A stretch of 64,000 bases of DNA from the human T2T-CHM13v2.0 reference genome, Homo sapiens: the NCBI RefSeq assembly GCF_009914755.1, contig NC_060925.1, one strand, 5' to 3'. The notes beneath the pieces were generated by a model. The model did not search any database, was not told where the DNA came from, and worked only from the letters and a program-made list of their open reading frames with translations. The position numbers and the translations under genes are program-made. Within the stretch, counting starts at the first letter, position 1. Each line of letters opens with the position of its first letter. Of the stretch, positions 1 through 15,639 are shown in pieces.

Positions 1-1223
1 ATATTTTAAAAATAGTAAAGTTTATTAGAAATAAAGCAGGAATAACTTACTGAGATAAACAAAGATTTCCTAACCAGAACACAGAACACACTTAACATAT
101 AGGGAAAATCTGACAGACTGGAGTACATGAAAATTAGGAAATTCTTAATACAGCCAATCTGTGGCCCCCTTATGTGGGAACTTCTTAGTGCACGCAGTCT
201 GATAATTCACTTAATCACATTTATTTAACATTCAAAGAACTGATTTTGCTTTTGTGAAGGAGTAATACCTTGATTTATGAAATTAAATCCATAAAACTTA
301 TGAGAGGTTCAAATAAAATGATTAATAGTTTTAATAACTACCAGAAACATAACAAAGGATCAATTAAAACTTGAATTTAATATGTGAAGTGGCATTGCTT
401 TCACTCATTTTTTTAAAATGCAGTTTTACTTCTAATCTTAAATGCTACTAATAACACTCAGTTATCACAGGTGATTAAAAATAGCTGCCAGGTGCCCTGT
501 TAAGTAGACAGGAACAAAGTCAACTTAAATAAAAGTAAAGGCCCAGAGCTGCTCTCTATGGCTAGCAAAAAAAAAAAAAAAGCCATCTGCTACAACAAAA
601 ATAACCTAAATGTCTGTTCGCCTACTGTTTATTTAAATGGTAGAAAATCAGTTTGCTTAGCCAAGATCATAGCTACAACAGGATCAACCTATCTTCAAGT
701 GGGGGAAAACAACTACCTATCAACCTGTTTACTCAAAAAGCCTCCTTAGATCAGAGAAGCAAGGGGTAAAATATTGGAGTACTGGAGTAAAATAAAGAGA
801 TAGCATTAGCTTTCCAGAGGGACAAATGTTAAAAGGCCAGAGGGGATGACACATTACATAACCAAATGTTTTAAAATTTCAATTTGTATGTTTCATGTCT
901 ATGATCAAAAAATTTACACACGCAAAAAATTATTTCCAATCAAGAACTGACTTTCTTTTAATAGAACCTGATAATTACTATAATCTTATGGATTCTGTCT
1001 AAGGCATAATACAGCTTCAAATATAGAAGGGAATTGAGACTCTTCAGTTATACATTCTTTCAAGGTCCATAATCTTCAAATTTCTAGATTAACAGAAATT
1101 ACATAAAGGGCTAATACAGTCCAACTCTCATTCTCTGCTTATGCCAAGCCTCATTAAAATAACACACGTTTATCTTTCAGCCTGGGAAGGGCATTATGTA
1201 TTCTCAACTACTAAACACTTTAC

Positions 1224-1298
1224 CTTTGCAGCAAGCAGTAGTCCAATTTTGTCAGCTTCGGCCTCCAATTTTCTGCTGTATGGTCTATTAAACATATA
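1224..1298 (-). CDS. OMA1: OMA1 coding exon 7 (75 nt), [25 protein letters not shown]
   Basis: Acceptor cttag|TAT at 1300/1298 and donor AAG|gtaaa at 1224/1223; in frame with exon 6; carries the M48-family E-x-E-A-D motif that supplies the third zinc ligand. Confidence 0.96.
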
Positions 1299-2437
1299 CT
1301 AAGAAGAAATGACAGAAAAGCTCCATTAAGACAATTTATTTCACGAAAAAAGGAGTAACACAGAGAGATTTTTAAAAAACAGTTTCATGGAGTATCTAGG
1401 ATAAAATTCCTATACTGTCTACTAACATTAAAATAACTCCATGATATAAAATATAAACACAGCCTTTATTTCCCTGATTAGAAATACTTTAAAAAATGAT
1501 AAGGATATAAGTCATGCCTATAAATTTCTTGACAGTCTGTAGTATAAGGAATTTACTTCTATTTTTCCAATTATAGTCTCCACCTACTGAGTACAGGATT
1601 CACTAAGAAAGCTTATTGATGAAGGCTTTTTAATATGGTCAAGGAATATTTTGACCTTGAGTTTTAAAAGAAAATCAAGAAAACGTAGGCATATAATATC
1701 CAATGACACTACTAGACAATTTATTTCAGTAAAAAAATTAACCATATAGCAGAATGCTCTTTCTTTGATAAATTATCTTAATTTCCTTTTTCTTTTCTAA
1801 GTATTGATTAGTTGGGAAAATGAAATTTTCTTCTGACTTCAATAAAAAACACACATAGATACAGTAACTTTAATTTTCCTAATTACTTGTATTTATGTGA
1901 ATGCTTTCCAGTTAAATTCTAATTTTCAGTAAGTACTAAAACTTTGTAGGAGATGAATCAATAGGCAGGACTTTTGAGAAAAGAGCTATTAATTGGGGAA
2001 GCAATCTTTCAAAGGTAGCCACATGTCTGTGATGGCCTGAAATAATATAATAAATCTGATATACAGTATGTGACCATTACAAATGACTTCCTTCCTTTTC
2101 AATCAGTCTGTTTTAGGTCAATGATGTATATCATATAATGCCTTCACTCCCCATGAGCAGGCTGCATGTGCCCCCGTCAAGTCTATTGATAACATAAGGA
2201 TTTAAAACTGTGGCTTTAAAAAGAGAGAAACTTAAGTTCAAGTCCAAATACTGTTAACTTATTGTTAACCCTGAGCTAATTGTTTAACCCTGCTAAACCC
2301 AGTAGTATCATATGTAAAATGAAGCTAGTAACAGTTCCAAGCTCACAGAGCTGCAGAGGGGATTAAATGAACAAAAATAACAGCTCATATTTATTGAGCC
2401 CTGATTTGTGCCAGGTACTGTGCTAAGTGCTTTAAAT

Positions 2438-2656
2438 TAATGATTCTAAACCTAGTGTGATTTTGTCCTCCAGGGACATTTACAAATGTTTGGAAATATT
2501 TATTACTGTCATAACTGAGAGGAGGGAGAGCTACTGACATCTAGGGAATGGGGGTCAGAAATGCTACTAAACATCCTACAGTGCACAGGACAACTCCCCC
2601 ACAACAAAGAATTATCCAGTCCAAAGTGTGAGTAGTGCTGAGATTGAGAAATCCTG
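2438..2656. mobile_element. MER20-like hAT MITE inserted in a MIR
   Basis: MER20-like body; 8-bp TSD CTTTAAAT at 2430-2437 and 2657-2664. Confidence 0.8.
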
Positions 2657-3623
2657 CTTTAAATGTGTCATTCGGTCCTCACAACAGATGAACCTCAGCA
2701 ATTCCCACACCCTAATGACTTCACTATCAACATTCCTCTCTGCTCTCCAATCACAGTGAGCAACTTTCTAGAGAGAAACATCTCCTCGTCACCAAAATTA
2801 TTGAGGGGCCTTGATTTAGGAAAAAATAATTCAAATAGAATCATTCCTACTTTATTTTCATTGACGAATTACAGTGAAGTGGCAGAATTTATCAAGTATT
2901 TCAAGAAAGAAATAGATAAATGTTATCTTTCTTATGACCAACTGTGCTGATTCCATTATAAAAAAAAGCAATCTATAGATAGATCAGGAAAATAACCACA
3001 TTAATTCTTTTAATTTCCTGGCGGGTCAGTGACAGAAACAAAATTCAAAATATGAGATCCTACAACCTAAGGAATAACCAATCTTTTATTTTCTCTTTAA
3101 GAACCTTTACTTCAATATAAATGAAGCCAAATGACATGTTAATACTGAATAATAGACTTAGTTATCCAATCTCAAAAACAATTTGTCTCATAGAATTTTG
3201 CACATTAGATTTAAACAGCACCCAGATGGCACTCTGATGGGAACTCCACAAATCATTAAATAAACAAATAACAGATTGTTCCTAAATAACCAAACCTCCT
3301 GGGACAAGAGGAAATATTCAAAGAAAGATGTAAAACAAAAAAATTATGGTTAACAAAGTAGTTATAAAGATTGCAAGACCTACTTTCAGTATTACAGTGT
3401 TTTGGACAAAATGAGGCACTCAATACATTTTTGAGATGATTATTATACATAAGCACTAAAAACAAAAGTTAACAAACACCTAGTAAGACTTTCCTTTCAG
3501 CATTTTCAAAGCAATGATATTTTAACAGAGTGAAAAGCAAGGAAGGATGGCAAAGTAGCTTTAGCCAATTCTGTGCCCATTAAAGTTCAGAGGTTTTAAC
3601 AGTGCCGCATTAAAACCCAAATA

Positions 3624-4228
<605 letters not shown>

Positions 4229-4563
4229 ATTTGGGAGTCATTCAGTTACTACGAAAGGAAGGGTCAGTGGCTGGGTTTTCTCTCTGTAAAACCAATAAAT
4301 ATATTTTCAAAAATTTTATTAGCCAAAAGTTGCCAAGCCCTTCTAACTCTCCATACCCATCATTTGAGAGATGTAGTATTCCTTAATTTAAATATTCATA
4401 TATAAGAATATCCCCTAAAAACGAGAAAACATAAGACACTAAAAATTCGTACCCATATTTCATAGTAAAATGTAAAAACATCTCTGGATTTGCTGCTTTA
4501 CAGTAGTATTAAAATATCTTCACCAGAGGCTATGATCAATTCAAGTTATTGTCTCAGACTTAC

Positions 4564-4692
4564 CTCCTGCAATTTAGACTGTATCCACTGGCACAAAAGT
4601 GCCAAGCTATCTCGAGGACAAATGGCCCAAATCATTGTGAGGAAAATCATACCTAGGAAATCCAACAAATGAACCATGCCAGCCTTTTCTGC
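4564..4692 (-). CDS. OMA1: OMA1 coding exon 6 (129 nt), [43 protein letters not shown]
   Basis: Acceptor cttag|GCA and donor GAG|gtaagt; in frame; hydrophobic segment after HExxH. Confidence 0.96.
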
Positions 4693-5673
4693 CTAAGAAT
4701 AATCAAAATAATAAAAACTACATTTTATACATTGAGACAGTATATGCTTACATTTTCTAGTTCATCATGTGTTACAATTACCTGACCTTCTCCACCTAAG
4801 ACTGAGAGTTCTCTTTTTCTTCTTTTGCTTATTCTTTCCGGGTCTGTTTTTCCCTTCCTTGGTTTATCTACTTATATACCTATTCATTCATTTAACTAGT
4901 ATCTACTAAGCCACTTACTATTAGTCAGAGGATATAAACCTACAATTTCTTATATTAACAGGCATAATAATCTTGTGAAATAGCTACAATTATCCCTACA
5001 TTTATAGATAATGAAACTGAGATAGAGAGAGGTTAAGAGTTGCCCAGATTTGCACAGCTATTACTAAAAGGACCAGAAATCAAACCCGGTCAGTTTTAGT
5101 TTTTAATATAGTTGCATCATTTTAAAAAATCAAGTAAATGTTTTATTTTACTAATATTTTTGGATAAAGACTAAACACTACCTAACATATGAAGCACTTA
5201 AAACAAGAAAAAATTCAGAAAAAGACTGGAAGTTTATTTTAAATAAAAGTATTCTGATCTTCAAGACCTAATATATGAAATATTATTCATTTATACAAGT
5301 TTGTAAATTTGTAAGTCTAGTATTTATCATGAAAGAATCAGGTTCTATGAATTTTTGTATTTACTTATATCAGTTACCAAAAAAGATTTTTCATAAAATA
5401 GTTGTTTTGAGTAGTAATATCTAAGTTTAATGAACTAGATTGTTCATGGTTTGCCATTAAAGGTGATTAGTAAATGTTAATGTTGTAATGCTGAAACTGA
5501 TAAAATAGCAGTCATTACTTGAATGTATGAAAAATGACTGAAAACTAAAAACTGACTTAGAATATTGTCCCTTAACAAATATTGTACCCTCACAAAACAT
5601 ACTTTACCTCCTTATATTTGCCTCATTACTTTGCCTCAAAACACAAATGTGTGTTTTGAAAAACAATTATGGA

Positions 5674-5968
5674 TTTATCTTTTTTTTTTGAGACAGAGTC
5701 TTGCCCTGTTGCCCAAGCTGGAGTGCAGTGGCGAGGTCTCGACTCACTGCAACCTCCGCCTCCAGGTTCAAATGTTTCTCCTGCCTCAGCCTCCCGAGTA
5801 CCTGTGATTACAGGTACCCACCACCATGCTCAGCTATTTTTTGTATTTTTAGCAGAGATGGAGTTTCACCATGTTGGCCAGGCTGGTCTTGAACTCCTGA
5901 CCTCATGATCCACCCACCTCAGCCTCCCAAAGTGCTGGGATTACAGGGGTGAGCCACTGTGCCCAGCC
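5674..5968 (-). mobile_element. AluS
   Basis: Full reverse Alu; caattatg repeated on both flanks (TSD). Confidence 0.9.
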
Positions 5969-6448
5969 CAATTATGAAATTATTTTAACATGAAAAAGTG
6001 AAACTCAAAATAAGGAAGTTGTTATAGAAGAGAAAGCCCTTGTTATTAAAGAATATAATTGCTATTATACAGTCTTAGAAAACTGGAAATACACACACAA
6101 AAACCTGTATTTGTAGAATAAAGAAAACATAAACGCCTAGATAAAATCAAAACTGAGACTCCCAAAAGAGAAAATATTGTGCTGACAATGTTTAAGATCT
6201 CTGCAAAAACATATTAATAACTATGTTCTATTTTTAAGGCTGCTGTTTGCTTTTTACACCTCATCTACTACTGTTCTTGCACTGATAGAGATGACAATAC
6301 ACTGAATATAAGGCACTGAACTAGATGCCTAAAAAACAAATGTACTGAATAGTAACACCTTTCAAATGCTAAAATGGCCAAAACTGATTTTGCAGTTGTG
6401 AAGCCATTACTTGAAAGATATTAGAGTGCATATAATAACACTGCTTAG

Positions 6449-6814
<366 letters not shown>

Positions 6815-7913
6815 TAACTCAAAAGAAATCAAGGAGATAATTACTTTCAGTGTTTCAGAAAAACAATTTAGCCCATCTCATCTTATTAATAGTCTAAGGA
6901 ACAGGTAGAATTTGAGATTACTCTTAGAAGGATTAGAATCATTATCATTTCCATTTGAAGTTAATGTTACTTGTATTTCTGATTTAGCATTTCAGTCACT
7001 TCACTATGTACCTTTGCGTTTACAATTTAAAAAATACTTTCTCTAATGTAGACAAAAGAGCCATTTATATTTTTAAATGAATAACAATTTAAAAAATGTG
7101 TGAAACAGATGTGTTATTTTTCCTGGACTTATATCAAGATGAACAGACATGTATTCACAGGAGCATACATCAACTTGAATTCTATGATCTATAAGAAAAG
7201 CGCTGCTAAAAACCAGGTAACTGTAGTGAAAGGAAGAAACACTGGACTAACATACAGAAGACCCACGTTAAAGTCCCAGTTCGGTTACTTTGTCAGGTTA
7301 GTCATGTTACTGTTTTTCTAAACATTAGTTTTCTCTTATATAAAATAGTAATAATAAATACATACCTCATTGGGTATTAAAATTATGAATGGGAAGCCAC
7401 ATATACTAAAAAGCTCAGTAAACTGTAAAATGGCAAGGTATTGTTATACTCTGTATTAATTACACATGACACATCATTCTAGACATTTTCAAAGATGCTC
7501 CAAGCTATCCTCTGAGAATGAATAAAAAAGAAAGATGATTTACCCACTTAAATAGTAATATCACTTCCCTACAATTAATTTTCTGACTAGATTACAAGTA
7601 TATTAATAATTATAGAAAGTTTAAAATTTAATTTGAAATAATTAGGGGTTGAGAATAATTATGTTTTAGCAAAAGAGACAGGTGATAAAAATAGTATTTA
7701 AGAAAAATATTATTCAGTATCAAATACTAAAGACCATAAAAATTCTCAAAATTAGCCAATCACGTTTTTTTCAGGTAGCAGATTAAGGCAATTACCCAAA
7801 ACTAAAAGTCTATCATTTTTAAAAAACCTGAAAAAAATCAGTTCTTTAAAAGATTTAACTTGTTAACTTCAAAGCAGTTTTTCCAAACCTGAACATTCAT
7901 TTTAGGTACTTAC

Positions 7914-8021
7914 AGCATGCCCAAGTACTGCATGTGCTATTTCATGGCCCAGAAGGAAAGAAAGTTGATGAATATCGGTTACACTATTTAAAAATCCAGT
8001 GAAAACAAACATTTGTCCATT
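7914..8021 (-). CDS. OMA1: OMA1 coding exon 5 (108 nt), catalytic HExxH exon
   Basis: Acceptor gcag|AAT and donor GCT|gtaagt; encodes [36 protein letters not shown] with HEIAH at 7932-7946. Confidence 0.97.
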
Positions 8022-8118
8022 CTGCACCACAAAGAAAATAATGTAAGCAATTAGAACATCATAAAAAATAAGGACAATAAATTTAACAATTACAATGCGT
8101 TTGAGAACATTTACTTAC

Positions 8119-8292
8119 TGGAAGCACGAAGGCATTAATAATTGGGGAATCAACCACATGAATAACCCAATTGATCTGAGAGATCCCTGGAACATCTTTA
8201 TTGCATTCAATTAGATGACAAAGCACTTCTTTAACAGCCAGGTATCGGGCATCTTTCTCAGTTAGCATATCATTTTTAAATTCTTCCATCCA
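8119..8292 (-). CDS. OMA1: OMA1 coding exon 4 (174 nt), WMEEFKND...INAFVLP
   Basis: Acceptor tttcag|TGG and donor CCA|gtaagt; overlaps ORF 8083..8289; M48 NAF motif; 97-nt intron to exon 5. Confidence 0.97.
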
Positions 8293-8612
8293 CTGAAAGA
8301 TTAAAAATTACTTCTTATTTTAAAAGAGCACTACAAAATGCTTACTCTGCTTCATGGAAAGTTATATGGCTACTTATTATTGAACATTTTAAGTTTTAAT
8401 TATATAAAAATCTGCATATATTAAGCACTGAAATTTCTCAAATCTGAATTATTCATGCAAAGACAATGTGGTTTCTTACAAAGGAATAAATTCTAATACT
8501 AAGTTTTTTTATGAATAGATTGACATCAAAATTTCATTCTTTTCGATTAAACTACAAACGAATACTTAAGTATTATTTCTACTTTCCTAAACATTTTAGA
8601 AAACACTGCCTA

Positions 8613-8967
<355 letters not shown>

Positions 8968-9281
8968 TTAAATTCACAATGCATTGAACAGAAAAACACC
9001 CTATACCTAATAAGAAAGTTAAACTACCAAAATAGACATTTCATTAATTTTAAGGTGTTTTACTCACAGATTGAAAGGAAATTACTGAATTCTCAGAACT
9101 AATGAGCATTATCACTGTCTCTAAAAGATGCTGATTAAGACTAGCCACCACAGAAGATACTTTTTCTGAAGTTATATTCATGAGAGCTCTTTCAAGTGTA
9201 CTGAGAAAATTAAAAATGTTCTGAAATATTACTTTAACTTTCATAAAGTGTATGCTTTTTTTCACTTAAGAATCAACAAGC

Positions 9282-9631
<350 letters not shown>

Positions 9632-10472
9632 TTAATTGAGCCACAGGGCACATAACATGTGTATGTGCTATGAACTGGAGAGAAAATGACCTCTGTCCCT
9701 AAGAAACTCACTAGGGTACAAAATGTTTAACTACCTGAGTTACTATACTTTCCAAAGAGGTAAGACTTCTAAATTATAACTTAAATTTGGATTCAAAAAA
9801 TATAATAAATTGCTAAAACTGATGTTTGGGAAAAAAATCTTATATTACTTGATTTTCAAGGTATAAGAATTCTGACTATAAATCTATTTATTCAATAAAT
9901 ATATACTAAGCTCTACTCTTACATACTGTGTTAGTATTTAAAACCATAAACAAAACAGGTAAGATCCCTGCCCCCATGAAGCTTAGTCTAACAAGAAAGA
10001 CAATCAAAAAAATAATTATGCAAATAATTATGTTACTCTCATGAGTGCTTTGAAGGAAAAGTACAGTATGCAGAGAAAAAAAGCCTAGGAGACCTAACCC
10101 CAGTAAAGCCAAGCAATGGGCGCAACTACAAATGAGCTGGTTCATAATTCAGTCGGTATGAAGGATACCTCCTAGGGCCTGATCCAGTCACCCTGCCTAA
10201 CCCAGTCTGGATAATCAAGGAAGGTTTTCCTGAGAAAAGTGACATTTAAGGTGAAATGTGCTGAGCAGGAGTTAGCTGGGTGAATGCTAGGAAAAGCAAT
10301 GTAGGCAGTAGGAATACTAAGTGTGAAAGGTCTGAGGCCTTCGGGAAAAAAAAATGCTAATTTCATATCAAAGACTAAAATTAAAAAACAACATATCTTT
10401 CACATTTAAGATACTTTCCTACTTTGAGTGTTATATTAAGCAGTCTAATTAAAAACAACTCTTACTACTTAC

Positions 10473-10701
10473 TGCTTCATATTCCAGTTCCGATAAAAGT
10501 CTGAACTGTTCTTTCCCCAATAATAGTAGCTTGCTCCTTCCTGTGATTGGACTTACTTCCAGGTGAGTAAAATAAAACACCACAAAGAGCAATCCAAAAC
10601 TACTCAAACCAAGGAATAGCTTCCATTTATTCTTCCTTATATTTTCTTTAACTACTTCCTTCTTGTTAGGAGGAAGTGCCTGCCACCATTTCCTTATGCC
10701 C
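10473..10701 (-). CDS. OMA1: OMA1 coding exon 3 (229 nt), GIRKWW...LEYEA, includes TM helix
   Basis: Acceptor ctttag|GGG and donor GCA|gtaagt; phase-2 start completes the Arg codon from exon 2; overlaps ORF 10449..10754. Confidence 0.97.
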
Positions 10702-11022
10702 CTAAAGCAAAAAGAAAAATTCAAAGTTCTGAAAATCATTCCAGCACATATCACTAAAGCTCAAATGCATACACTAGAATTTTACGTCCTCAAATACCTG
10801 AATTTGTATGATGTATTTCGCTGAATACATCGCTTTTCCAATTAATAAAATTCTTAGCTAAATGATGAAAAAATAATCAATGATGTAAAGTTACAGTTAA
10901 AAAATTCTAATACTCATCGAAATTTTCTTCTTCAGCTATTTTAAGGATAAACACTAAATGAGATGCTAGTTTACTATAACTACCACTGGTTAATATTTAT
11001 TACTATCTAGTACATGCAAAAT

Positions 11023-11060
11023 TCTCTCTCTCTCTCTCTCTCTCTGTATATATATATATA
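11023..11060. repeat. Compound (CT)n-(TA)n microsatellite
   Basis: ctctctctctctctctctctctgtatatatatatata. Confidence 0.9.
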
Positions 11061-12754
11061 CCATCTCATTTAATCTTCATAATAACCCTGTTACAGAAGA
11101 TAAAATTGTTAGGTAACTTGTCCATGGCCACTGAGGTAATAAAAGGAAAACCAAGCAATGAAGGCAATGACATTCCAGAGTCTGACCACTTAGCCACTTA
11201 ATAGGGATAAATGCCTAAATAATTATGTAAGAGGTTACAGTACAATAAATCTATACCTGGAACCACTACTTTTCCCACTGCTCCTCAGACCTCCAACACA
11301 ATTTGCCAGTGATTCCACAAGGTACAAGGGAAACTGCCTCAGCATTCATTTTGGAAATAAATAGTGCTCAGTAGCAGAAACTCCACTATCCTCTTTACAA
11401 CGTGAAAAAGGAGAGATAACAAGATCCTAGGTATTCATAAGAAAGTGGGAGATTTTATAGATAACATCTGAGAAGGTCCAATTTCTACCAGGCAACAATA
11501 CTCTCTGCCACTTAGCAGTGTTCAGAAACATTTTGACAACAAGCAATGTTTTCAATACTGGGACAAAAATTTTCCTTATGAGTTGATCTGTAAAATCACA
11601 ACAAAAATTTACCATATATACATCATTCTCTTGACAAAAATTTATTTTACAAATTCTTAAAGTTCTCTTTGTGAAGTGACACACCCCAATGCCTTTACAC
11701 AAAGTGTGTCCATTTAAAGGGACATAAATCAAACTATCGAGTATACTTATTTCCTATTTAAAACTTTACATGACATTATCCTTTATTTAAAATGTATGAA
11801 AGACATATTCTAAATGAAAAATTTTAGGTGATCAACAATAGTAACAAAAACAAGAAAGTTACAAATAAATAATTTAAAAGGATGAGGACATAGCAGAAAT
11901 CAGAAAGAGCATCCGAAGAACCTGGGATGAGCGTATTACTTCAACCAATAGTCAATACAGCTGTATCGCTTTTGGGTGCCAACACCAAATCATGAAAAAC
12001 ACAATAAGTTACAAATAGAAGTTCTTGGTTTTTGATCAAAAGCAAACTGGTTTGGTTCATGTGGTAGTAAGAAGGCTAGAAGGGACTTCACAGTCATCAA
12101 ACACAAGAAAGCTTTATGAAGAAACAGTGATTAGCTTTCTTCCATCTTCATAAAACAAATAAGAGAAAAAGGGTTAAAGCACTACAAGCTGTGAAAATAT
12201 TATTATAAAGGATCACCAAGGAAAAAAACAAAGATTTGTTGGGAACAGAATAGAAAGAAAAGAAGCATTAATGACTTAAGAGTTAACTAGGAGTGAGCCC
12301 ACCCTTATATAAGCAAAGTTCCTCAATTTTATGATTTGCTGCCTTAAATTCCACAAATTAAAAAGAAATGTTTGTAAGTACTCTTCTTATACATAAGTGA
12401 TAACCAGCACTTCTGATCCATATATCCTAAGATTTTGTAGTCATAAATATAAGATTTTTTTAATGCCTATACAAAATGTAAGAATAACTTTTTAAAGAGA
12501 TATTTCTATACCATAAATTAGTATGCAGGAAATTGTTTCAAGATTATTAAATCATACAGAACAAAATTGGGCAGGACCTACTGTTTAGAAACTTCACTTT
12601 GAGCTAAATGGGGGGAGACAGGGGATCTGGCAAGGTTTCTTTAAAAGTACAGTTTTATAAATAAAAAAATTAATTTCTAAAAGTTAATACGTTAGCACAA
12701 AATATTAATGCAAAAAGTTAATATAAAAGTTTTTATTCTAAAAAAGCATTTTAC

Positions 12755-13254
12755 CTGCCTACAATGATTGCAAATAACTTCTGTACTGGTTTAAGAATCA
12801 TCAACAAGAGAGGAACCGGAGCAGCTTGAAACCGTGGAGAAGTATGGAAATTCCTAATAGCTCTTATGGAAGCAGGGCTTAGAGGATGCAATACTGACAG
12901 ACTAGGGACTGCTGTAACTTCTTTTATTAGCAGCTGTCTTGAAAAAGCATCATTCCATACAGTACATTTGCTGGTAATCCTCCAAATTTCCTTACTTTTG
13001 GTACTTGAGAGGCCTCCTGTTCTTTTGTTGTTAAAAGTACTATAAAAATGAAAGTTTCCAGGCAGAAAACTCCACCTGTCACACTGATTTACTCCCAGTC
13101 CCTGATACTTATTTACTATATGGTTAACTTGTACTTGATGACAGCCCCGTGAGGTGGATGCTAATGTGTTACATTTTCTCCAGTTAGACAGTGAATTAAA
13201 TCGGAAGAAAACATGGTTTCTAGCAGCAGACTGCAATCCACAGATGAAGCTCAT
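12755..13254 (-). CDS. OMA1: OMA1 first coding exon (exon 2; 500 coding nt, exon extends to 13270), mitochondrial presequence MSFICGLQSAARNH...
   Basis: ORF 12751..13254 is the OMA1 N-terminus; in-frame TAA 15 nt upstream of the ATG; acceptor tttcag|G at 13270; donor CAG|gtaaa at 12755. Confidence 0.97.
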
Positions 13255-14831
13255 TTTTTCACTTGATTACCTGAAACAAAAAAAAAACTATAAATATCTG
13301 TGGAAAATATTTACTTACCAAACTGGGACTATAACACTTATTAAATAGGCGTGTCAGTTGTTCTTCTAACACATCTCAGGCTAAATTACCTTGGGTTTCA
13401 ACTCATCACCCCTAGAGCAACGCCTTTCAGCAAGATAAACCAGAGTATATATACCACGATATTTACTATGCAACGTTTACTTTAGAAGCTTGAATTTTTT
13501 TCATTTCATTTTTAATTTTTAGTTAGGGAAGAGCCATTTGTATTTTAATGGCAAATGATTTGAGCAATAAAGTGGATTAGATAAAAACAACAGTAAAACT
13601 TTATCAGTTTGCAATAACTGGAAGGAAGCATGTGATACAGAATAGTAAAATCTAACTTATAAAATGCACTGGACATTACGCAATGAAGAACAGTGATCCC
13701 TAACAGATGGGAAACAGAGCCCTACAACTGTCCTAGCTTATTGCCTGGAGAGTGCTTCCAGGCCACAATGCAGACAGGGTAAACCTAGGTGGAGCCCAGT
13801 GGTTCCCCTAAATCGAAGAGATAAAGCTGGGAGGTCAAGTAAACCAAGGTTGCTAGAGCTCACAGGACAGAGGACAAGAGAAGACAAGAGCTGCACAGAG
13901 AAATAACTCTAGAGTTCTGCAGAGAATCCCCCTCCCATATTCAGCTGAGTCCTGTCTGGGCATATGTGTAAGAAAATTCCCTGGAGCTGGGAAAGGACCA
14001 CCTGAAAAGATTGCAGGGAATAATATACAGGGCTCACACAGGGCATGGTATACTGCCTATCCCCTCCCCACCATTCAAAGTGGAAAACCTTATCATTCGT
14101 GGGTAGAGTACTCAGAAGGGTTTTGCCTCAACATTAGAGAAAGATTAGTCTGAGACCGAAAGCTGCTCTGGCCCCACCTAACAAATATTAAAAGCAACCC
14201 CCAAAAAGATTAAATGCTTCCAAGCAACAACTGCATCCCAGGAAAAAAAAAAAATCTAAACAGGTATTAGGACACAAAACTATTTAACACTTAACAAGGT
14301 GCAATTTATAATTAAAAATCACCAAGCATGCAAGCAGCAAGATATGTGATCCACAATTAGAAGAAATATCAATCAGTGGAAACTAACTCCTAAATAAACA
14401 AATAACAGCATTAGTAGATAAGGATATTAGTTATTGTAACTATACTGCACATGTTTAAGAAGCTAAAGGAAAATATGAGCATGTTATGTAGAGATATGTA
14501 ATATATTTCTTTAAAAGACCTAAACTTTTAGACAAGAAAACTGTTAAGAACTAAGATGAAAAACATACTAGATGAGACTAACAGCAGATTAACATTGTAG
14601 AAATAAAGATTTGTGACTTTGAAGACGTATCAATAGAAACCATCTAAAATGAAATACAGAGAAAAAATACAATAATAAAAAAAGGCACAGGGCATCAATG
14701 AGGTATGCAATAACTTCAAGTGGCCTAATATTCATCTAACTGAAGTCCCCAAAAAGCGGGGAGGAGGTGTAGACAGAAAAAAAAAACACTTGAAATAATG
14801 GCCAAAAGTTTTCCAAACTTGATGAAAATTA

Positions 14832-15347
<516 letters not shown>

Positions 15348-15454
15348 CTATAATATAAACTGCAAAAAATGCAAACTAATCCATAGTGACAGAGAGATGA
15401 GTGACTGCTTGAGGAGTTGTAGGAAAAAAGCAGCAGGGGAAGGGATTACAAAGA

Positions 15455-15639
15455 GTGGTGCTTGCCTGTAAACCCAGCTACTTGGGAGGCTGAGGCAGGA
15501 GAATCACTTGAACCTGGGAGGCAAGAGACTGCAGTGAGCCAAAATTGTGCCACTACACTCCGGCCTGGGCAACAGAATGAGAACCTGTCAAAAAAAAAAA
15601 AAAAAAAAAAAAAAAAACCAAAAACAAAAAACAAAAAAA
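15455..15639 (+). mobile_element. Alu right monomer (5'-truncated)
   Basis: gtggtgcttgcctgta...gagaacctgtc followed by long A tail. Confidence 0.85.
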
